NCBI RefSeq assembly: GCF_006345805.1
Contig: NC_043013.1
Location: 10,168,001-10,232,000 of the forward strand
Direction of reading: 5' to 3'
Length of the DNA: 64,000 nucleotides
From: Octopus sinensis
Taxonomy: Eukaryota
In this document: piece after piece, positions 27,613 through 41,299 of the stretch
Layout of the letters: the number at the start of each line of letters is the position of its first letter
Position numbering within the stretch: the stretch's first letter is position 1
Translations under genes and position numbers: made by a program
The notes under the pieces: generated by a model
What the model saw: only the letters and a program-made list of their open reading frames with translations
What the model was told of the DNA's origin: nothing
The model's database searches: none

Positions 27613-27804
27613 TATTGATAAAAAAATGTCAGAATTTTGGAAAAAATTCTTTTATTTGTTCATTTTTATTATCGCTTTAATTCCTCTTTAGAACATGTTA
27701 AATACAATTTTTCTGTATTTGACAAGTTCTACAGAGGAACGAAAGCGCTATAATAATGAAGAAATGAAAGGATTTTTCCAAAAATTCTGAGTTTTTTCTC
27801 AATA
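27613..27804. mobile_element. MITE with about 45-bp imperfect TIRs
   Basis: tattgataaaaaaatgtcagaattttggaaaaaattc versus gatttttccaaaaattctgagttttttctcaata. Confidence 0.65.
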
Positions 27805-28399
27805 TATATATATATATAACGATACTTAAGGGGTTAGCAACAAGTTGCTTGACCACATACTGAAAATTTCATAGATAGCAGCCAAAAGATTGCTATTTCT
27901 TTTTGCTACAAAATATGTCTCCACAGATAACAAGTATTTGTGACTTAGATAGGCAAAAAGAAGAACAATAATGAAAATCAAACAGTCTCCGATTAATTAT
28001 GGACGCGTTTCTGGATTAGACTTATAAAAAATTCATTTCGTTCACGACAAAATATTTCGAGAATTATAAATCTGAAAATGCTAGGAAAAAAACTTAGTTC
28101 TTGTATTTCTGACCAAGCGCCATCAGAACCAACAAAAGTTAATCAGCATATCCACATTTATATAGACAAGTGAACTCGTATTTCCCTTCAAGTTTACCAT
28201 GTGCGTCACAAATATAGCACTGCAGAAAAAGATCCGCAATTTTGTTATTGGGGAGTAAAATAATCATTACAGATATAGGGTAAAAAATTATTAATTTAAT
28301 AAAATTAACAAATTTTACCAAGTACTTTTCGGTATGTAAAAGAACCATATTCGGCAAAAACGTATATATGTGTGTGTGTGACGTCCTGTACCCATATAT

Positions 28400-28585
28400 G
28401 CATATCTATATACATATATACGACGGGCTTCTTTCAGTTCCGTCTACTAAATCCACTCACAGGGATTTGGTCGGCCCGAAGCTATAGTAGAATACACTTG
28501 CCCAAGGTGCCACGCAGTGGCAATTAACCCGGAAACATGTGGTTGGTAAGCAAGCTACTTACCAAGCAGCCACTCCTGCGCCAAT
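28400..28585 (-). mobile_element. SINE family A head
   Basis: Matches the A head on minus. Confidence 0.88.
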
Positions 28586-28636
28586 ATATATTATTTATAT
28601 TATTATTTGATTGAACGCCACACATCCATTTACAAG

Positions 28637-28684
<48 letters not shown>

Positions 28685-28692
<8 letters not shown>

Positions 28693-28918
28693 TATATAAA
28701 ATCCATTTTGTCTGTGTGTGTGTATCTTCTAAGATCTCAGGCACCCTCCATCCGATTGCGCTCAAAATTGATATGTAGATACAGAGGGTATCTGGGCGTG
28801 TATAATAAGCCTTGAAAATATTACAAAAATCGATTCCAGGTGAGAATGCGATCGATAAAGCCATGGGAACGTGCATTTGGACGCGCAAGTACATCAGCTG
28901 TTGCGATGTACTTACTGG
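28685..28918 (+). mobile_element. Non-autonomous Helitron
   Basis: TATATAAAA-type 5' end; 3' hairpin aagtacatc/gatgtactt (28887-28913), then CTGG (CTRR) followed by T. Confidence 0.6.
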
Positions 28919-29166
28919 TACTTTTAACTCTTCCGTTGCATATTTGTGTGAATAAAATCGTTTTCTTTGGAATAGAAAACATTCTATCTTTATTTCTTCT
29001 TTAGCTGGTGTCTCAAATTTAGGTTAAATCAGTGTTTCTGAAAGGGGAGGCCTATGGGACGGTCGGACAAGTTGTTTTGAGAAAATTTGGTTTAAATGTT
29101 TGACAACTCAGCACTGTCTAGTGGACAGGGGTGTTGCTCGTATATATATATATATATATATATATC

Positions 29167-29256
<90 letters not shown>

Positions 29257-29271
29257 AAAAATCAAAGGTAA

Positions 29272-29611
29272 AAATCAACGAACGGAAATCGTCAGAACAT
29301 AACAAGCAGGACACGGACGATAGAGCAACAACGGCAAACATAGACAAAACAAGATACGTGTATCATTAGCAGCCAATTGCTTCCTCAGTTGGAGTCTGGA
29401 ATGTCCACGTAGTTTCGCCCAATCCTCTCTCTTACTCCTCGAAACCAGTTGGACCAAGGGCTTAAGCTGAGGGAATTAAGCCCTTGAGTAAGGCAAATGA
29501 ATGCAGATATATGTGTATCCTGTTTTGTCGTGTTTGCCTTTGTTGTGCTATCGTCCTTTTCCTACTTGTTATATTTTGACGAATTCCCCTGTTGTTCTTT
29601 GCCGTTGATTT
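29272..29611. repeat. Fold-back element with about 100-bp diverged inverted arms and an inner perfect 10-bp hairpin
   Basis: Arms 29272-29365 and 29510-29611; aagggcttaa/ttaagccctt at 29456-29485. Confidence 0.75.
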
Positions 29612-29673
29612 ATCCATGCGGCACTACGTACAATTTCGTGTTTATTCTCACCCACTTTTCTATGACTCACACT

Positions 29674-30052
29674 AAGTAAGTAGCTTGCTTACCAACCACA
29701 TGGTTCCGGGCAGATGTCTTCTACTATAGCCTCGATCCGACCAAAGCCTTGTAAGTGGATTTGGTAGACGGAAACTGGAAGAAGCCCGTCGTATATGTAT
29801 GTGTGTATATATGTATGTGTGTGTATATGTATGTATGTGTATATGTTTGTGTGTCTGTTTGCCCCCCCCCCCAGCATCACTTGACAACTGATGCTGGTGT
29901 GTTTACGTCCCCGTAACCTAGCAGTTCGGCAAAAGAGGCCGATAGAATAAGTTGTATGCTTACAAAGAATAAGACCTGGGGTCGATTTGCTCGACTATAA
30001 AGGCGGTGGTCCAGCATGGCCGCAGTAAAATGAGTGAAACAAGTAAAAGAGA
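29674..30052 (+). mobile_element. SINE family A
   Basis: Matches the A consensus, with a deletion in the head. Confidence 0.88.
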
Positions 30053-30076
30053 GTATATGTTCATATATATACACAT

Positions 30077-30140
<64 letters not shown>

Positions 30141-30150
30141 AGATAGATAG

Positions 30151-30181
<31 letters not shown>

Positions 30182-30293
30182 GATATACACGTACGCACAA
30201 GTAAATATTGCACTTATAGACGAAGGATGTAGGTAGTATACTACACATCGCATACACTACTTTCTTCATTTATAATCTTAACAGCAAATCCGT

Positions 30294-30332
30294 TCACGAC
30301 TCGAGTTTCATGCTTTGCGATCCTTTAGGTGA
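30294..30332 (-). ncRNA. Degenerate minimal type I hammerhead relic
   Basis: UCAC-CUAAAGG-AUCGC AAA GCAU-GAAAC-UCGA-GUC^GUGA; stems I and III intact, two core transitions. Confidence 0.55.
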
Positions 30333-30959
30333 CACGCATACAAATACAGACAAACACAAACCCACACAAGTCACAAGCGCGCGTTCGCTGAAATGATACC
30401 GGGCGTATATCCTTACATAAGACTTATACGTAGCAGCAAGTATGCATATATATATATATCTTCGTACGTAAACGAAATCATCAATTTGTCAGTGAGTGGA
30501 CATAGACGTTGCGTTGTTGGTTTAATTCGGTCTGTTTATTACTGCCCGAGTGTGACTTATTCATAGAATATTGTCACTATGTCAGACTTTCATGATATCA
30601 TAAACTGTACTAAAACTGCCATAAACTAATTCATTATATGCCTCTGCGTACTTAGCTGGGATACACTAAACGACAAAGCACGAAGAGACACAGTACTGCA
30701 TACATAGTCCTTCCTCTGGGCTGGGTGTCTACTACATGCAAATGTGTATACATACACACACACACACACACACATACACATACACATATATATATACATA
30801 TATATATATACAAATATACGTACGTATATATATATATGTATATATGTATATATATATATACATATATACATTAATATATATGTATATATGTATATATATA
30901 TATGTGTGTGTGTATATATATATACATACACACATATGCAAACACACACACACACACAC

Positions 30960-31009
<50 letters not shown>

Positions 31010-31043
31010 TATACATGTCTAAAAGATTATACATTCATACATG

Positions 31044-31088
<45 letters not shown>

Positions 31089-31675
31089 ATGTGTACATGC
31101 ATGCATTTATGCATGTATATTAAAAGTGCGTATAAGTTCATGTATGTATATATATATATATATATGAGTGTGCTATTTGAAATATACATACAATAAATAG
31201 AACACACACACACATACACTCACACTCACACAGGGACTCATATATAATAGACGCAGCACTCGCAGCATACTGGCAAATACAGGAAGCATACACCTCAAGT
31301 ATATACGGTTGATAATTTGTGTGAGTGTTATATATGCATATGTATATGTATTATGTATACATATATACACACAAACTTAGGTAATAAGTTTGCGTTTGTG
31401 TGTATCTCATTATATAGCTGCTTACACATATACTCGCACATACACAAAATCATAAACACACGTACAGAAACACACACACACACATATGTACTTATGTATC
31501 CGTACGTGTTTGTTTGTTGTTTGCGCCTATATGTATGTGTGTGTGTGTGCGTGCGCTCGTGCGTTTTTATGTGTAGTTGTGTATGTAGAGTTATACATAT
31601 GTTTATGTTCATTTGCATGCGCGGAAACAAGCATACAAACCACACCACACGCATCATACACACACACACACACAC

Positions 31676-31742
<67 letters not shown>

Positions 31743-31756
31743 TATATATATATACA

Positions 31757-31996
31757 CTTTACTTTCTATTTGCTCTTTTACAGGTTTCAATCATTTGAAT
31801 GTGGCCATGCTGGAGCACCACCTGTAGTCGAGCAAATGGACCCCAGGACTTAATCTTTGTAAGCCTAGTGCTTTTCTATTGGTCCTTTTTGCCGAACCAC
31901 TAAGGTACGGGGACGTAAACACACCAGCATTGGTCGTCAAGCGATCTTGGGACACACACACACATGTATACATACATACATACATACATACATACA

Positions 31997-32048
<52 letters not shown>

Positions 32049-32200
32049 AAGGGCTTCTTTCAGTTTCCGTCTACGAAATCCACTTACAAGGCTTTGGTCG
32101 GCTTGAGGCTATAGTAGAAGACACTTGCCCAAGGTGACACGCAGTGGGACTGAAGCCGGAACCATGTGGTTGGTAAGCAAGCTACTTACTACACAGTCAC
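31757..32200 (-). mobile_element. SINE family A with internal (TACA)/(TA) tract
   Basis: Matches the A consensus. Confidence 0.9.
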
Positions 32201-32329
32201 TGATATAAGGTATAAACGAGGATTTGTGTATAAACAACTTTGATGAAGTGGATGAGCGTTGAGCGAGCGTTGTGGAAGGAAGCAACAACGCAGAATGCTA
32301 TACACACCGGTCCGTAATGAAATATTAAC

Positions 32330-32870
32330 TCTATTCATAAGGATGATGATGATGATGATGATGATGACAACGAAAACATCCACGATCATGATGCTGGTGA
32401 TGATGATGATGGTGATACTGATGATTATGATGAGGCTAACGAGGAGGGCGATGACAACGTCGATGACGACAATGACAACGATGATGATGATGATGATGAT
32501 GATAATGATGATGATGATGATCACGATGACGACGACGACCATGATGATAATGATGAGGATAATAATGATGATGATGATGATTAGCATCATCAAGATCATC
32601 ATCATCATCATCATCATCATGGCAACGACGATGAAATACGGTTCTTACGACGACGTCGATGAAAATGACGACGATTAATGATTAAGATTAATGATATCGG
32701 TGTCGGTGGTTGTGGTGGTGATGGTGGTGGTAGTGGTGGGTGTTTTCATGCTAGTTATATTGGTAGTGGTGGTAGCGGTAGCAGTTATTTTCGTGCTGGT
32801 TACGGTGGTGGTGGTGGTGGTGCTGCTGGTGCTGGTGCTGGATATTACGAACGACGTGACTGACGATGTT
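32330..32870. repeat. (GAT)n to (ATC)n to (GGT)n cryptic trinucleotide block
   Basis: Strand switch at about 32580. Confidence 0.9.
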
Positions 32871-33533
32871 AAATATCTGCCGATGAAGAGGAGATGAAAG
32901 GTAGGACGATTAAGATGTTGATGAAATAGACGATGTTTGATTAATTTAAAAGGATGCTGTTTATGATAGAGATGCGGGTGTGGCGCTAGATATATCAGCA
33001 GTGGTGTTGGTTATGACGTCAGCCGGATGGGTAATGATGCTGTTATCGAGGCTGCTGCTTAAAGCTGTTCTTGATCACCTCCAAGATTCAATTCCATGAT
33101 TTACGTAGAAAACGGTTAAGATGCTCAGGTCAACGACAAAGTGGTTCACCATTTAATGTTTAAACATACACACACACACAACGGGGCTGTGTGTTTATGT
33201 CCCTATAACCTACTGATTCGGCAAAAGTGACCGGAATAAGTGCTGGGGCCGATTTGTTCAACTAAAATCCCTGCAAGGTTGTGTTCCAGCATGGCTGCAG
33301 TCAAATGACTGGAACAAGTAAAAGAATAGAAGGAAGAGTATATATATATATATGTGTGTTGTGTGTGTGTGTGTTTGTGTCTGTGATCGTCCCACCATCA
33401 CCACTTTACAACAGGTGTCGGTGTGTTTACGTCCCCTTAACCTACTGGTTCGGCAAAATTGACTGAAATAAGTGCTAAGGTCGATTTGTTCGTCAAAAAA
33501 CCCCGGAAAGTTGTGTCCCAGCATGGCCGCAGT

Positions 33534-33591
<58 letters not shown>

Positions 33592-33639
33592 CTATATATA
33601 TATATATATTATAATACAGAATGTGACAAAACTCAAATA

Positions 33640-33880
33640 AACATCCGGCAGCTAGGTAATACAAAGAGGGACAACAAAACATCCTGATAGACGACACAAA
33701 GAAAACAAGGACGGGTCATTGGAAGTTTTCTTTCTTCAGTCAAGCACCAGATTATCTTCGCAATTTCGACTGATTATTCTTGAGATTGCTCCAAGGAAAA
33801 ACTAAGCTAAGAGCATTAGATTCCTTGGAAGAAAGCAGCGAATGAATACAAAAACAAGGACGGAAAAAACAGACAAAATA
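33640..33880 (-). mobile_element. Short repeat family H2 (second copy at about 15290-15410)
   Basis: Shared tcttcgcaatttcg(g/a)ctgattaatcttga core in both copies. Confidence 0.55.
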
Positions 33881-33970
33881 TGGTCTTTAGTCTTGTGGAA
33901 TATAATAAGCAGCATAAAAGTAGTGAATTGAAATGAAAAGATGGTTTTCAATTCTCTCAACTGAATCCTA

Positions 33971-34380
33971 GTGGAAGCGCATGGCCAAGTGGTTTGGGGT
34001 GTCGCACGCATGATTCCAGGACTGTATAGTAAGTTGTGCTCCCGAGCACAAAACTTCTTTTCTCGATGCTCTTCACCACTTAGCTGTAAATGGGTAACTC
34101 TGCGACGGACTCGTGTTCGTTCAGGTGTTCTCGGTCATTTTTATTGGCACTCCGTCGATTACGACGACGAGGGTTCCGGTAGGCCCGATAAACAGGACAG
34201 CCTGTTCATGAAATTAACACGTCAGTCGCTGAACACTACACGGACAGGGAGATTCAGCGTGACACAGAATCTAACGAAACTGATTCATTGAATTACAGGT
34301 ACAACTGATTTATGAGAACTCAGTAAGTTGGAGCAACGTGGAATAAAATATCAGGCTCAAGGACACAACACGCGGCCAGT
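33971..34380. mobile_element. Composite of degenerate SINE pieces
   Basis: tRNA-like head gtggaagcgcatggccaagtgg, aatgggtaactctgcgacggac domain, then a minus-strand SINE remnant. Confidence 0.55.
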
Positions 34381-35764
34381 TTTCCATTTACGCATCACGG
34401 AAACTGGGTAACCGTTCCTGTAAGTTCAAGGATTCAAAGACGCTAATGAATATTTTACTGAAGGTTGTTGGAATGATTTTCTGTCTCACTACCTCTGTTT
34501 GTCAATCTCTCTGTCTTTCTGTCTCTCTCTCTCCCCGTTCTTATTTTGACTTCATTACCGAAAATTAATTGTTATTAATAGTTATTAATAGTTATATATA
34601 TATATATTTCATGCACACATGTAAACATCCATAGGCATACACGTACACTCACATACTCATACAATGAACTCTGTAAATAATCTTTTCGGGACCAAATGCG
34701 ATACACCGTAAAATTCGCCCAATTACAAACCCAGTGATATATCACCGTGACCCGTGTAACTGATATAATTCAAGAAAGACATTTACAGGTTATTATAAAC
34801 GAAGAGTTACAATCTATTCTGAGTTTATGGTGACATGAATGCTTACTTAAAAGTTATTAACATGATACAAATGTATACTGATATTTGAATTTCCTTTTAT
34901 ACAGCTTGCAGTATACAGTTAGTATATCTGTAAATGGAAATAGAAAGAAATCAACAAAACCAACAAGGAAAATCAGTAAACGAATTAATCATCAGTATGA
35001 TAAGAGAAACATCAGCTACTTCACATTGGTGTATGATAGACTATAAGACTACATTAATCATATTGTGTTTGTAAAGAATAGCGTATACATAATATACCTG
35101 GCTACGTTTCACATAGAATCGTTAATTTCTGATTAATGAATGGGCAAGAGAAGTTAGACGCATTCAGAAACGAAATGTGATATTCTCATATTTAACTTTG
35201 CACCTTCGTACTAACAGGGAATTCCTATCAGATAGCGAAACATTATGATCACTCTATAAATATAGACGGTATCTAAATATAATAACAATTGTTTCTAGTA
35301 TAGGCGCAACGCCAGATATTACGTGAAGTGAATTACATAATAAAACTCACTCCGGTACTTGACTTACAATTTATTTTATCGACTACGGAAAGATGAAAGA
35401 CATAGCTGACCTCGTCTGGATTTGAACTCAGAATGTAAAGAATTCTAAATATCGAGGCATTTTGTCCTTCCCTTCAATGATTAGGCACAATATTGTTTTC
35501 AGATATAGGGACAAGGTCGGGAAAATTGAAAAGCGGGGTCAGTCAACTATATTGATTCCAGAAGGTTTGCAAAGAAGGTTTGTAAAGAGAGTCGGGACAA
35601 TTACTGCCTTGTATTATGTCCATTGCTGTAACGATTCTTCCAGCATAACAACCTGGAATCGCTTTCAAAATTCGGTACCAAACGAATCAAAAGATTCGAA
35701 GAGCGGGGTTTCATTTGTTATCCGGATCCAAGTATTTCTCAATTACTGCAAATTATAAATGCAA

Positions 35765-35880
35765 GAGGATCAAAGGCAAAGTCGACTTCGGCGGAATTTG
35801 AACTCAGAACGTAACGGCAGACGAAATACGGCTACGCATTTGGCCCGGCGTGCTAACGTTTCTGCCAGCTCGCCGCCCTA
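35765..35880 (-). mobile_element. SINE family B head
   Basis: Matches the B consensus. Confidence 0.88.
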
Positions 35881-36959
35881 TGTTTAGAGTTAAAGAGTGA
35901 CATAGAGAGAGAGTGAGAAAGAGAGACTTGTATGTGTGTATGTATATACATATATATATACGTATTCACCACGTTCTTAACTATAGAACGGGCTGACAGT
36001 CATTATTGCTAATATCACCTCCCAAATCTGATACCGCCACTAATGACACTGAAATGAAACAATAACAAGTGGCGGCGCGGTGGGGGGGGGAAGAAGTAGC
36101 AGAATAACGATGAGGAGGGGATGTGTTATTGTTGTTTTTGGAGTTCCTAGTTGAAGTGTTGGTTGTGATGGCGGCGGCGGCGGCGGCGGCAGTAGTGGTG
36201 TTGGTGGTGATGGAAGAGGAAGAGCAGGAGTAGACAACGGAAAAAAAAGAAAAATGCCGATAAAGAAAGAGGCGAAGAAAAGGAGGGAAAACTAATATAA
36301 CATAAAAATAAAATAAAATAAAATAAAATAAAATAATAGAAAGAAGAGTGAAAAATCGAAGAAAAACATTAAAAGACAGAAGAATTAAGAAACATTGAAC
36401 GTAGCTCTTTTCTCTGCCATAAAATGTCTTATTTATCAGAGAGACATGTATGATAGTCAAGATCTAGCAGTGTATGTATACATTGCTATTTGCTTATGTA
36501 TATAGTAATATATGGTTGTGTATATACTACTTTACTGATATATACATCTGCTTCCTGTCAGTATGACACACGGAAGCAGATTGTTAACTGGTGTAGGGAC
36601 CGAACATGTATACACATGGTAGCGCAGGCACTTGTATCTCAGTACACGTATTAACGTATTAAGATAAATCTACATATACATACATACCCATGCTAATACG
36701 CATAATTATACACACATTAATATGCGTACATGGATATACACACTAATGTGCGTACACATTATGCGTACATGCATACAAGAAGGTGTACTAATAACACAAA
36801 GGTAAAAATACGTATGCGAAGAGGACGTAGACAAAGTCATACGCGCTCTCACCGCTATTCAAATATGTGTTTATACTAATCCAGGAATACTGACATGTGT
36901 AAATATACAGTAAACGCACATGCACAATCAGACACGAATACAATCAATGTTAAGTTTCA

Positions 36960-37370
36960 AAAGAGGCAAAAAGCAAAAAACAGGTGGCGCGGAGGAGGAG
37001 AAGGATGAGGAGGAGAAGGAGAAGAAGAAAAAGAAGAAGATGAGAAAGAAGAAGAAGAAGAAGAGAAAGGAGGAGAAGAAGAAGAAGAAAAAGAGCAGGA
37101 GGGGGAGAAGGAGGAGGGGAAAGAAGAAGAGGAAGGAGAAAGAAGAAGAAGGAGAAGTGGAAAAGATAAGAAGAAAACAAGGAAAAAGAAGAAGACGTGG
37201 GAGGGGGAGAAAGGAAGAGGAGGAGGAGGAGAAGAAGAAGAATCCGAAGAATCCGAAGAAGAAGAAGAAGGAGGAGGAGAAGAGCAAGAAGGAGGGGAAG
37301 AAGGAGGGGAATAAGAAGATGAGGAAGAAGGAGGAGAAGAAAAAGAAAGGAAAGAATATGTATGCCCTTT
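36960..37370 (+). repeat. About 400-bp (GAA/GAG) polypurine tract
   Basis: Almost pure purine on plus; source of the K/E-rich ORF. Confidence 0.9.
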
Positions 37371-39339
37371 CTTTGACAGGTATAAGTGGCAGAATAAGAA
37401 ACGGCAGTGTCGGTGGTGGTGGTGGTAGTAGTGGTTCTTGTGGTGGTAGTTGGCGAGGGGTTAGTGCTAGTGAATATGGCACACTACAGAAACCACTTCT
37501 TACTGCCATCGAGATTTTAAGTCCATCTTGACTTATGTAAACAGAATAACGTTGAAGGAATTTCTTTTTGTAGTTAAACCCGTCTTCAGATTGTCTTATC
37601 TTATTGTCTCCTATTTTGAAAAAAGAACAGCATATGAACCAAGTTGGCAGCATATTGGAGTGACCAACCAAGGGACTTTTAGTTCATATTCGCTCCCAAG
37701 TACTATATTGTCTTAGGAATCCAAAGCATAAGCATCTTAACCTTGTAAAAGAGCCAGTTTTATGTATCTCTGTATATATAAACGGCAAAATGTCTGTGTG
37801 TGTGTGTGTGTGTGGTGTGCGTGTCTTTTATACAAATCCACAACTTTTCAGTTAGAGAGCTCGCACTTTCAATGGTCACTCAAAACCGTCCAAGAGTGGT
37901 CGTGCACATCCTTACGTTTCCCCAGTCACCCCGCAAAGCCATTAAAAAAATCAATAGAATTGACTTTTTTGTGAATTTTCTATCCAAAACCCAATCAAAA
38001 TGCCCGAAACTTGATACGCCAATTGAAAGCTTGCTAGCTGTATGTGATTAGTCGGAGATTTGGACAGTATTCGCGTGTATGTGCGCACGCACACAGCTGT
38101 ATATGCATGCACTAGCACTATGACCCGGCTAGTTCACATATAACTTCGAATGTTGGGTACAGAATTGACAAAAGTTTTCAGGTTGTTACTGGCTTGAACA
38201 TTGAAGGGAGACCGTTATTAGGCATGTTTAAGTATTGTGATTTGAAGTACAAGCATTTCAAAGCCTCAGAGTTTCAAGTAAATAACATGTTTACCGAATA
38301 GGTAGGGTTTAGTACAAGTCAACGAAAGATTTTTGGATTTCGTATACAGTTAGCAGAAGAGCAGCGCTTGGTTTATGGCCATCACATGGTTGTTGAGGAC
38401 TTTCATCTGAGTCTCCACCGTTGCAAACATTTAATAGTGATATCTAGTTCTACAATACCTTTCTCCATACCACTAGTCACGCATCCCCGTAATTTAGCGG
38501 TTCAGCAAAAGAGACCGATATAATAAATACAAGGCTTACTATGAATAAGTTCTGGGGTCGGTTTCTTTGGTTAAAGGCGGAGCTCCAGCATGACCACTGT
38601 CAAATGACTGAAACAAATAAATGGATATATATATATATATATATATGTACATATATGTGTTTGTGTGTGTACATGTACATATATATGTTATACGTGTGTC
38701 TACGAGTGTATACATGTGTGTTTTGTATGTGTGTGTGTGTGCGCGCGCGCGTGTGTGTGTGTGTGTGTGTGTATGAACTGATCATTTGGAATTAGGAAAG
38801 GAACAGAATTTAGATGACTGACGAGAGAATTTTATCAATTTTATCAACAAACACACATACACAACTACACGTAGACATACACATACACGCATATAGACAT
38901 ATACATACAAATTCACATACATATATATATATACACAGTAGTCAAGGTATTGAAATGATAAAAGCTTGTGTTGGACTGTCTAAGATCCTACAAGGAATTT
39001 TGACAGTAGGTTTGTTTATAGAAGAGATGGCATAACCTCTGAGAAAGACAAGGCAGCGCTGGCAAGGATAAATGATACATTGCCTCGTATACAATGGAAG
39101 AATAGAAAGGGAAAACTCTGTCGGTGTCATTGTTAGAAAATAGATATACTTGCTATTTATCGACTTGTTTGGTCTGGGGGATTTAAGATAATGCGGAGTA
39201 TATCTTCGACCAGCATCGTGTCGTCTTAGAATTTTATATATCACAGGTTAACCGGTGGGTCATTTAAAGTCGGAACGAATGAAAACACACACACACACAT
39301 ATATATATAAATATATATATATATGTATATATGTATAAA

Positions 39340-39386
<47 letters not shown>

Positions 39387-39406
39387 TATATATGTGTGTG
39401 TGTGTG

Positions 39407-39481
<75 letters not shown>

Positions 39482-39740
39482 ATAGTATATAAGTATAATA
39501 TATATATATATATGTGTATGTATATGTATATTTCGATATGTGTGTGTGTGTGTGTCTATGTATCTTGAGTCTGTGTGCGTGTATAGTTGCACAAAGAGTT
39601 TCCTGCGCATAGTGATATACTCACACATGCGTACGTCCATACATAGATCGATGCATAAATGCGTATTTATATATAATTATGTGTATATATACACACACAC
39701 ACACACACAAATACACACATACACGCACGAACACACAGAT

Positions 39741-39771
<31 letters not shown>

Positions 39772-39857
39772 ATTATTAATATAAGTAATAAGGAAGTCAC
39801 CATTAAAATACCTTATATAAATATTTACACATGTATGTTTATGTGTGTGTGCGTATG

Positions 39858-39925
<68 letters not shown>

Positions 39926-39992
39926 GTGTGTATATATATATATATATGTAGATATGTATGTATGTATATATATATATATAATATATATATAT

Positions 39993-40042
<50 letters not shown>

Positions 40043-40077
40043 ATATACAGATAGGTATATGTATATGTGTGTGTGTG

Positions 40078-40412
40078 TGTGGTTTAGAACATCGGCTCGT
40101 AATCATGTCGTAGTAAGTTCGAATCCTGGCCTGGATTGTCTGTTGTCTTCTTGAGCAAGACACCTTATTTCACGTTGCTCCCGTTAACTCAACCGAAGAA
40201 ATGAGAAGCGGCGTCACTGGTGTCTAGGTATATCGGCCTCCGCCTTTCCCTTGGATAATATTAGTGGTGTTGATGAGGGGTGATGGTATGCATGGGTGAC
40301 TGCTGGTCTTCTTTAATTAAACAGCCTTACCCGGACTTCTGCCTCTGAGAAGAATTTTCCAGGTGTAATCACATCGTCACTCGTGACCGAAAGAGGCCTT
40401 TAACTTTACACT
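40078..40412 (+). mobile_element. Degenerate tRNA-derived SINE (family D)
   Basis: B-box-like gttcgaatcc, tcttgagcaagacacc, tail gtgaccgaaagaggcctttaactttac. Confidence 0.6.
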
Positions 40413-40414
40413 TG

Positions 40415-40445
<31 letters not shown>

Positions 40446-40531
40446 TGTATGTATGTATGTATGTATGTATGTATGTATGTATGTATGTATGTATGTATGC
40501 ATGCATGTATGTATGTATGTATGTATGTATG

Positions 40532-40565
<34 letters not shown>

Positions 40566-40610
40566 TGTATGCATGTATGCATGTATGTATATGTATGTAT
40601 GTATGTATAT
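40415..40610. repeat. (TATG)n array
   Basis: Directly visible. Confidence 0.95.
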
Positions 40611-41299
40611 TAATTCAGTTTTGGTTTTTTGTTATTTCATAAATAAATGCTAAATAACCCAATGACATTTTGGTGCGCTGTATTTGTGACGCAAAAATCA
40701 AAATATACTTGATATATTATTTATCATTACATGTACTGTAGTGTTGAATGAGTTGGAGAATCATTGTGTGATGCTCAAAGATGTATATACTCCAGACATG
40801 GGAAATGAACTAATCTATTGAGTGTTGTGATATATGATTTTTTAAATGTTTAAGCAGAACCAATTTGGTCTGAAGGAATCTCAACTTTGTTGTGACTGAG
40901 TATCTTCAAACTGAAGTGTTTCATCGTTTCTCTCTTCGTGTGTCATGGCTACAAGTGACGTAATCATCGACTTCCATCCCAAAGTCTGAAGATTCTTATT
41001 TTCTTAGCACAAGTACAAAAGTATTTTCTTCTTTGCCGTCTACCGCTTTATATTATTTATGTAACTAGAATCCTACTTTCTTGGATTTACGCCTGAGTCA
41101 CAATAGCTATTTAGCCCCTAGGAAATGGGATTAATACATGTAACATTAATGCATGCCTACATATATGTTGGCCTCTGTGTAATATATGTAAGGGTCAGCC
41201 CACATCAGCTTTCTGCATTTCTTAACCACAGGAGAATCTAACGCTATTTGACCTATAATGGGGGCCTGAGAATAAGTGTAGTGGTGACAGTGAGGAAAA

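Noticed and set aside
36920-37671. 203-aa K/E-rich and 247-aa F/S-rich ORFs
   Set aside because: Both derive from the GAA/GAG tract; no domain or splice evidence
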